NCBI GenBank assembly: GCA_964016885.1
Contig: OZ024741.1
Span: 145,824,001 to 145,888,000 of the forward strand
DNA: 64,000 nt
DNA from: Eledone cirrhosa
Taxonomy: Eukaryota
Reading direction: 5' to 3'
The position numbers and the translations under genes were made by a program. Below the pieces are notes generated by a model. The model had not been told where the DNA came from, ran no database searches, and saw only the letters and a program-made list of their open reading frames with translations. Positions 55,543 through 64,000 of this stretch are shown piece by piece (position 1 is the first letter of the stretch; each line of letters starts with the position of its first letter).

Positions 55543-57895
55543 CATGGCTACGAAAAAGAATTTTCTCAAGTCACTCCCACTCATTCCGTCTTCTTCTTCC
55601 TCAATCGTCACTACAGCAGATAGAAGATTGTCTCTCTCCCTCCCTTCTCTTTCGCAAGCGACGCCAGTAAAGAAAAATCACGTGCAAAGCATGGAACATT
55701 TCTCCACGACGACGACAACGACTAAAAAGGTGTGAGGTAAATACGAAAACCCATTTCATTCGTCTGACGTCATGAATAATAGCAGTAGCAGCCGTAATAA
55801 CAGCAGCAACAGCAACAGTGACAAGGAAAACAACAGTAGCAGCCGAAACAGCATCAGCAGCAGCAGCATAAACAACAACAGCATTAGCAGCCACAACAAC
55901 AGCAGCAGCAGCAGCAACAACAACAACCACAACAACAGCGGCGGCGGCAGTAGTCATAGTACCTGCAGCAACAACAAAAGTAACAGCAGCTCTGACGACA
56001 ACAACAACAACAACAGCAGCAGCAAAGAAAAACCAATCTCGATTGCAGGTATCGCAAAGAACCTGGAAACCATCCTCATAACAAATGAGGAATTAGAGGA
56101 AGCGAAGAAGATGGTGACGAAAACCGGACACCGAGCAATCTACAAGGCAGCCGAAAAATTTTTCGAAACCCAACAGCACTGTACGGTCACGTACCGTACA
56201 GTAAGCACAAAATCCCGTAGGGTTGAAAGAGCCACAGAGGCTCAAATGCAAAAAGCCTTAGGGTCTGTGTGGCAGCGGAAAACGCATATCACCCGAGGCA
56301 AGAAATATGCCACCATAGACGTGCTTTTGGCCACACCCCAGGAGGCAAAGGCTCAATCCTTAGTGACCCTAAGGAGTGAGGAAATGGTGTTGGTGCCCTC
56401 CTACTGCGGGCAAAAAATTGTGAGGGTCAAACTGACCCCCCCCCCCCCCCCCGGATGGCCCCTTCTTGGCTGGCCGTGTCTGTCCTCGTCGGAATCGAGG
56501 ACAAAACAACTGTACTGCAAGTACAGAAAAGAGTAAGAGAAGATTGGGTCGGCACCTCCATGGAGATGTTAATCCAAACCAACCTAGGAGTGCATCGAAG
56601 CTATCCCGGATGTGATAGACTTCGATAACTGTTTCTACTTTTGGCACAAGGCCAGCAATTACACAGTACATTACTGGTACTTTATTTTATCGACCCCGTA
56701 AGGATGAAAGGCAAAGTTAACCTCGGCGGGATTTGAACTCAGACCGTAAAGGGACGTAACTATGCTGGAAAGCATGGCGTCCGACTCTCTACTGATACTG
56801 TCAATCCACCGCCCATGATAGACTTCGATAACGGCACTCAACTGCTTATAAGTGATGAGGGCAAACGCCCGAAATGCTTTCGATGTGGATCGAAGACTCA
56901 CCTCAGGGCCTTCTGCAACGAGAAGACCTTGAGAAATTAGAACCCCCCCCCCCTCCTTCCGAAACCGGCTCCACTGCTTCCAGCAACAGGACAAGCGGCA
57001 ACCAGGATGATAGGTCCGTGGCACCCATACCCACGCCACGGAAATCAAGAACAGCAGCAGCAGTGGAAGTATTAACAACAACAACAGTAATACTAACTGC
57101 AGCTCCAACAGAGACTCCACTGCAAACATCACCAACAACAACAAGTGAAAGAGTGGAGCTGGTACCCCTCCCCGACCTCACAGAATCAGACATGGAGTGT
57201 GAGGTGGGAGAGGGATGGCAAAAGGTCGCAAGAAGGCACAAACGCAGAAGCAGCGCATCGTCGCCTTCGAAAAGGGAGGAAAGAAATGAAAAAAGGGTAA
57301 AGGCTACAGCGAAGAGACTCACAGCAGCAACACCACCAACACAATCACCACCCACACTAGCACCACTATCATCACTGGCGACAACCCCACCGCCAACAAC
57401 AACAATACCTTCAACACCACCACCACAAGCACCAACAGCGCAAACACAACTACAAAACACACACACCCAGCAACAACGACAAGAAAATAGCAGAACCACA
57501 CCCACCCCCAGAATAACAAATGCACGGCAATAAATACACACAACAAGAAACTAATGACTTACATAATTGAACACACAGACATTTCACAGCACGACTACAT
57601 AATATCAGCACCAATCAAAACACCAACGAACATAAGACTGGTAAGAATTACACAGAAACAATACACAAACATTAAAACGAAATTCTCCAACGCAGTTGGT
57701 GATTTCAGAGACCTAGGAGGGACTCTCAACCGGAGAGTATGTTCGGACATACTCATAGAAGAGCCGACGACCAGCCGAAAGGACGATTCAACGGTCCCTT
57801 CACCAGACGATCAAGTGCAAAGGGATGGAGAAACCATCCTTCCTCTACGAAAAGTACGGTAAGTGGTCTTTCCCATCTTTTCCACTCCATTTTAA
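55543..57895 (+). pseudogene. Tx1 ORF1 (gag-like), frameshifted and SINE-interrupted
   Basis: Zinc knuckle CFRCGSKTHLRAFC (CX2CX4HX4C) at 56875-56916; GWQKV..R motif; low-complexity linkers; ends uncertain. Confidence 0.7.
56630..56815 (-). mobile_element. SINE family A inserted in Tx1 ORF1
   Basis: 17-bp TSD tgatagacttcgataac at 56613-56629 and 56816-56832. Confidence 0.95.
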
Positions 57896-57897
57896 AC

Positions 57898-60800
57898 ATG
57901 ACCTCACTCAGAATAGGCAGCATAAGTGCGCGTGGCTTGGGGTCGTCATGGAAGCAGGGCCACCTGCTCAACGACCTCAGGTCACTAAACATAGACCAGA
58001 ATCTCCGAAGCACGGGCCTTCGCACCGATCTTCGGCGGCTCCGATGTGTACGCATCTCCCAGCCGTCCTGGATCGGGGGGTGGAGTTGCTGTGCTTTTTC
58101 GGAGAGGTTTGGATCTCGCCATACGGGCCATCTTCCTGGACCCAGAGGGTAAGTTGGTGGTGCTGGACGTGACCAGCGGAGACGGGCGTCTGGAGACCTT
58201 TCTTGGAACGTCCCGCTCTTTAGTGTTAGTGGGCGACTGGAACGGGATCTTAGATGCACGCTGGAACTGTGTGGGATTAGCGGATAGGGGTAGAGGGTGC
58301 AGAGCCTCACAAACCTGCTCAGGCGTTTTGAACTGTCTGACAGGTACCGATTGGATTTCCTGAATGTGCCAATGTGGACTTGGACAAATCGTATAGGGTC
58401 ATCTAGATCATATCTAGATAGAATATTTTGTAGGGAAATAGATAAGTCTAGCATAGGCTGTCCACAATTCAAGATAGTCAGCTACACGGACCACAAATTC
58501 GTGATCTATGTGCTTGATTTAGATAGGCTTCATAGACGCGGACCCGGCTACTGGAAACTAAACGCGTCCTTACCAGCGCGGCGCAAGGCCTACAGAGACC
58601 GGATTAGCGAACTAGTTAAGCGGGCGTTGACGGGGGTCATCGTCAACAACAAGTGGTGGTTTGCTCTGAAAAGAGCAATTAGAATAGAATCCATTAGGTT
58701 TAGTAAGGCTTTAGCAATAGAGAAAAATAGAGCAGAGGGAGAACTAGTTAGAAAATTAGACGAGGCGCTTAGCAAAGGCATCGCGACCGACGTGCTTGCG
58801 GCGAAATTGGCCCTTGACCAATTCTTCAATGCAAAGCAGGAAGGCTGCGTTGTCAGAGCTAGGGTGCGTGCTCTCAGACACGAGGGGACGAAAGCCGTTC
58901 AGTGGGCCCGAGTGGAGGAGGCGCGTCGTGGCAACTAAGCCACGATCCGGTCTTTGGTGGACCACGACGGGCGCATGCTACTCGATCCCGGGCAAATGTG
59001 TGAAGCTTTTCAGCGACACTTCGCTCAGCTGTTCGGGGGCAGCGGTGGGCCGGATCGAGGGATGAACTTACCTCGACGGACTGCCGCGGCTCTCGGCCAC
59101 TGAGGTGGAGTTTTGCGAAATGCCGATAACAGCCGCTGAAGTACGGGAGGAAATGACTGGCTGCTCAAGGGATAAATCGCCTGGTTTGGATGGTCTGCCC
59201 TATGAACTTTACGTACACATGCCAGACTTGTTCGGAGGCCTCTTGGCGGACGTCTACTGCAACTGGCAACAGAACGGGAGAATTCCCAGCTCTGTGAGCC
59301 GAGGAGCTGTGGCATTGCTGAGAAAGGATCCGAACAAGGGGGATAACATAGATAATTTCAGGCCCATAACTCTGCTAAACACAGGTGCTAGCGAAGAGCT
59401 TGGCGCTTGTCGTTGGTGGTCTGGTGGGAGAGGCGCAGACATGCGCCATTCCCGACAGATCCATCCACGACAACCTCCACCTCATGCGATACATCGTAGA
59501 GAGGGTAGCTAGGGAACCTGGCACGGGTGGGTCTTTGATCAATTTAGATCAGTCGAAAGCTTTCGATAGGGATGACCATCGTTACCTAGCGGCAGTCCTG
59601 AGGGCGGCTGGCTTTGGGCTCTTCTTCAGAGGCTGGATTGCTGCCATACACAGCGACATCTGCTCTGTGGTGAGAGTGAATGGTCACCTTCGGAACCGTT
59701 CAACATCATGCGCTCGGTCCGCCATGGATGTCCCCTCTCGTCCCTCTTGTACGTATTGACTCTCGAGCCATTACTGTACAAACTGGAGAACGTTGAGGGG
59801 GGGTCCCGCGCGAACTAGGATGCGGAAGATCCGTGTCAGCATATGCGGACGATGTCACCGTAGTGGTGTCGAACGCCAAACACATCGAGGAGATCGGTAC
59901 TACACTAAGAGAATATGAAGCGGTGACAGGAGCAATGATCAACCAGGAAAAGTCAGTGGGCCTGCAGCTCGGCACCAGGGGAGGCGGTCCATGGCGTCCA
60001 ACAGCGTCGTCGGACGGACGGACCTGTTAAATTGCTAGGGGTCTGGTTCGGTCCGGACCTCCAGACGGACAAAAACTGGGACGAGGTGATGAGCAGGGTG
60101 GCTTCTCTCACCCAGAAATGAGCGGAGAGGACGCTACCCCTGAAAGGTCGAGCAGAGATGGCTAACGCGTATATCGCGTCTGTCATCTGCTACCGCCTGG
60201 CCGTCGTACCTTGTCCTAAGCCCCGCCTGACTGCTCTGGGGCGTTTGCTCTTTCGCTTTTTGTGGAAGGGACGCGCTTCGATGGTCAGGCGGTCCATCTG
60301 TTGTCAACACCCGCTACGTGGAGGGCTGGGTATGCCGTGGCTGATGATGCGCAGACCCGCGCTCAGGCTACGACATCTCCACCTCTAACTCGACGGTGAT
60401 CAGGTGTGGTCGCCGTTTGCTAGACACATATTTCCTCAGCTCGTTTTCTTGACGGAGTTGCAGTCCTGGGTCAAGCGAAGACCGAGAGGGAGCGCCTGGA
60501 GACTAGAATGTCTTCAGGCGCTCACAGCCCTCAACCAATCGGGCAATGTGATCGGTGGAAACTCCACTTTGGCGTTCTATAGTGGATTAGTGGAGGGGAA
60601 GAGCGACGACGTACTTGGGGAAACTCTAGGCGTTGAGGAAAATCAACTAGCCAATCTCTTCGGAAGAACTTTCGGGCCGGGGCCTATGGACAATTTCTAG
60701 AAATCTCTGGCCTGGCAGTGCTACCGAGGAGCCTTGCCAGTTCGAGATAAACTCTACAGGCATGGAGGTGCCGTCAGCCGGGCATGTCCGAGATGCACGC

Positions 60801-61201
60801 AGGGCGACGAAACCATCCTGCACGAACTCGTCCAGTGTCCGAAAATTGCTGACTTGTGGGTTTATGTCGAACACCTGCTGTCGCGTGTAGGACGGATCCA
60901 GCTATCATCTGAGTCCATCGTGAGGATTGCCCCTCCCTCTTCCTTTAGCCGGGAAGGGCAGGCAGTTTTTATCTGTCTGGTGGCCATGGCGAAAGAGATA
61001 GCATGGTGGACACGTTTGAAAGGGCTGAAGACGAGCATTTCCCTCTTCGGTGATGCCCTGATTGACTTTTTTAAATTTCATTTGAAAAGGAAAATCAGAG
61101 TAGAGAGGGAAGTGCTCTCTTCCCAGCATTTTGTTGAAAGATGGGTGAGAGAAGCAAGAATGGCCCGAGTGATTGGGCCTACTCTGAGTATGTATCTGTA
61201 A
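57898..61201 (+). pseudogene. Tx1 ORF2 (APE endonuclease, RT, C-terminal CCHC), multiple frameshifts
   Basis: LRIGSISARGL, VGDWN, YLDRIF, TDHK, YWKLN, KSPGLDGLP, RPITLLN, DQSKAFD, AYADD, CPRC..ETILHELVQC. Confidence 0.93.
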
Positions 61202-61451
61202 ATTAAAGGTGGAAAACTGGGAGAGGGCACTTGCCTTGGTGGTCAGGGTCACTGTGGCCTTTTGCTGGGCTTTCTCCACAAATGTCCCTCTGAAGTCTCC
61301 CCCTATTGGGGAATTTTTCATTGTTATTTTTTGTTACATCCTCTGTTTTTGTTTTTTACACGCAGAAATGCCCATTTGTACCGTCCTGTATTGTCCTGAA
61401 CTGTCCTTAATGCCTACTTTATGTAAACCCTTGTGGTTAATAATAAAGAAA

Positions 61452-61453
<2 letters not shown>

Positions 61454-61488
<35 letters not shown>

Positions 61489-61576
61489 GATGATGATGAT
61501 GATGATGATGATGACAGTGATGATGATATGATGATGATGATATGATGATGATGATATGATGATGATGATGATGATG
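61454..61576. repeat. (ATT)n then (GAT)n microsatellite
   Basis: Direct inspection. Confidence 0.95.
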
Positions 61577-62054
61577 AAGGCATTGGGGATAGTACAAAAG
61601 CAAAACACATAGAACAACAAACATGACCTATTGCAGGATTTACATTACATAAGGGGAATATAGGAAAGGGATTCTTGTCAAATAAAATGGGGAAGGGAAC
61701 CACATAAGAGGATTTGGGCATCTCTCACACAACCACGGCATACCCCCACACACCAAAGACAATATCTTCTCCTAGTTCTTGAACCACCCTACAACTGCAT
61801 AATTAATGTAGACCCATATTTAGCCATGCTATTTTTGTCACTCACCGTTCACAAAATTTACTGGGAGGCAGGTCAAGTCACTCCCAACAACCTAGGACCC
61901 TTTTGAGTGCTTTCTGGAATTTTTTATGGCAGTCCCTTCCTACTGCAATGTGATTGGCATTAAGAAGGACATCCAACCATAGAAACTATTCCAAAATTGA
62001 ATGCTTATGAATAAGATGTGCTCATATGATCTCTCATAGTCTCAAAATCTGACA

Positions 62055-62085
<31 letters not shown>

Positions 62086-62779
62086 CATTCAAATTGTTTG
62101 GATTTTGGAGGTTTTCAGGTTTCAGATGCTGCAAAAGAATTATCAGCCTCTAATCATCAACATCAATATCATCATCTGACATTGGTTGGGAAGCTTGATA
62201 TAAACATCAGTTGAATATTACATTTTCAGTTTATCTTTTTGAAGTCATATGTCAAATGTTATTTAAAAGGTTACCCAAATGCTCCTTTAGTACACTTTCT
62301 CTCTGTCACTTAAAACATTTCAGGTAATTTTGAAATGAAACTTTCAAGTGTTGGTTTCTAAGAAGCTGTCTAAATTGTTTTCATATTGTTGTTGAAGCTG
62401 TTATTATATCCATGTTACTGCTGTTGCTCCAGTTGTAGATGATTGCACTCACTAATTTAAAGAAACTTGCATGCAGAACAATAGTTTTACAACTAGTGAA
62501 TTTGCTTATTTTGAAATTAAAGTCATAAAAGGAAATTACTTATGCAAACCAATCATTATAAACATAGCTGCTGCCTTCACTGTAAATTGGTATCACATGG
62601 CTTTTGAGTTATTTCCTCTGTGTATGTGAACAAACTTGGGATATGTGTAAAATTGAAATCATGCAAAAGACATTTTCTCAGAGCATAATGTAGGTTTGAG
62701 TGATCTAATAACTTTTCTCAAAGGAGACCCCTTCCTCCTGTTTGACAGAGGAAAATACAAACATTGGAAAAAAAAAAAA

Positions 62780-62935
62780 GTAATCCTGATGCCAACTGGC
62801 ATAAAAAAGAAACATTCAATCAATGCCTGATATTTAGCTATCTTCTGTTCCTCTGCATTGTGCACTGCAGCACTTGGGTTTGTGATCAAGAATATATCAC
62901 AACATGTAGCATTCCAAATGACTGATTTCAATGAT
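62780..62935 (-). mobile_element. CRE-like LINE REL-endonuclease remnant
   Basis: IWNATCCD..AA..AEEQKIAKYQAL...FFMPVG resembles the WD.TC.D..AE..K..KY..L..F.P motif. Confidence 0.55.
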
Positions 62936-62977
62936 ATTGTAACTAATGTAATCAGAGTAAGTTTATATTGTTGTAGG

Positions 62978-63202
62978 CAGGGGCCTCGTTTGCCTTAGAA
63001 ATGTGAGGGGGACAAACCGACATTTGTTGATTCTTAAAGGAGCATAAATTGGTTATGGTGTCTTTCCCGGATCCTATCACATAAGGAAAATTTTATATAT
63101 TCAAATGAAGTTCAGATATAAAAGAATAAACAAAAAATAAAATACAGACGTTTGAAAAAGTAGGGGGGGGTCCCCTGGTACCCCCCTGAAACAAGGCCCT
63201 TG
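62978..63202. mobile_element. hAT-like MITE (225 bp)
   Basis: TIRs caggggcctcgttt / aaacaaggcccttg; 8-bp TSD gttgtagg / gttgtatg (7 of 8 match). Confidence 0.75.
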
Positions 63203-64000
63203 GTTGTATGTGTATGGCCTAGTGGTTGATGTGTTGGATTTATGAGTGTAATATTGGTGGTTTGATTCTGGAACCTGGCTATACATAGTGTTTGTGAGCA
63301 TTGCTCTAGTCCACTCAGCTGAAAGTGAGCAACAGTAACCTACAATGGACAAGCTTTCTGTGTAGCAGGGATATTTATATTCTCAGTCCCTTAATGCCAA
63401 TGAAATTGAAATAAACACCAGCCTGGTGATCTTCTGGGCTTGGGACAGATTTTAGGTTTTGTAACCAGCCCTCAGGCCAGCTCTGATTGAACAGCTTTAT
63501 GGTCAAAGATGTTTTAGACATGAGCAATCAAGATTTTGTATATTTTTCTATACTAAGACTACAGTATCTAATGTGTCCATCATATTTTATGACAATAGGA
63601 TGTCATTTGCGGAGATTTTACTCCTATTTCTAACAGATCAAACCTGATCTGGTGTTGATGCTAATGTTTCACTTATTTTGTATGCTAGCATGGGTTAGAC
63701 AAGACAACTCAAGGAAAACATTCTAAAGCAAGGCCCCCTCTTTTGGTGCCATCAATAAACACAGAAATATGAAAAAATGTTTCTACACATTTTTATTGAA
63801 CGTTTTTTTCCTTCATGTTTGAAGCTTTGTAACTTCTCACAAATTATCTGTGTACGTTTATACTGAGAAGATTTATTTTTTTAAATCATATATTTATTAA
63901 ATCATATATTTCTGCTAGTTTAGACTTTCTTAATTGGCAAATTAATTGAATATAGATCAATAACAGCTTCATTCAAAAAAAGATAAATACTCAAAGCTAT

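Larger units (their letters stand above)
55331..61452 (+). mobile_element. Near full-length Tx1/L1-clade LINE (5'UTR, ORF1, ORF2, 3'UTR), inactivated
   Basis: Gag-like ORF1, APE-RT-CCHC ORF2, AATAAA at 61442, (att)n on both sides. Confidence 0.93.

Noticed and set aside
55601-57546. Ala/Val-rich minus-strand ORFs and poly-Ser/Asn ORF as host genes
   Set aside because: Alternative or antisense frames of the (CAG/CAA)-rich Tx1 ORF1

Overview
AT-rich, microsatellite-dense eukaryotic DNA. The SINE/LINE repertoire suggests an octopus-like cephalopod, which is an inference. I found no supportable host exon. Protein-coding signal comes only from decayed retroelements: several RTE-clade LINEs with a PHD-type Cys4-His-Cys3 finger inside the RT, a near full-length Tx1/L1-clade LINE in an (ATT)n tract, R4/Dong- and CRE-like REL-endonuclease LINE pieces, and two Penelope-like elements (RT + GIY-YIG). 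tRNA-headed SINEs and hAT, piggyBac and Tigger-like MITEs are also present. The main signal missed by the ORF track is RNA-level: nine type I hammerhead ribozyme (HHR) motifs read by eye, ranging from intact to decayed, in (TA)n-embedded elements. These include a non-coding, partially tandem retrozyme-like family (1469-2180 and 31100-33532) with dimer-type minimal HHRs and a hairpin conserved through compensatory substitutions, plus a set of fold-back remnants, most of them turning inside an HHR. Alignments and folds were done by eye, so boundaries are approximate unless TSDs are given.
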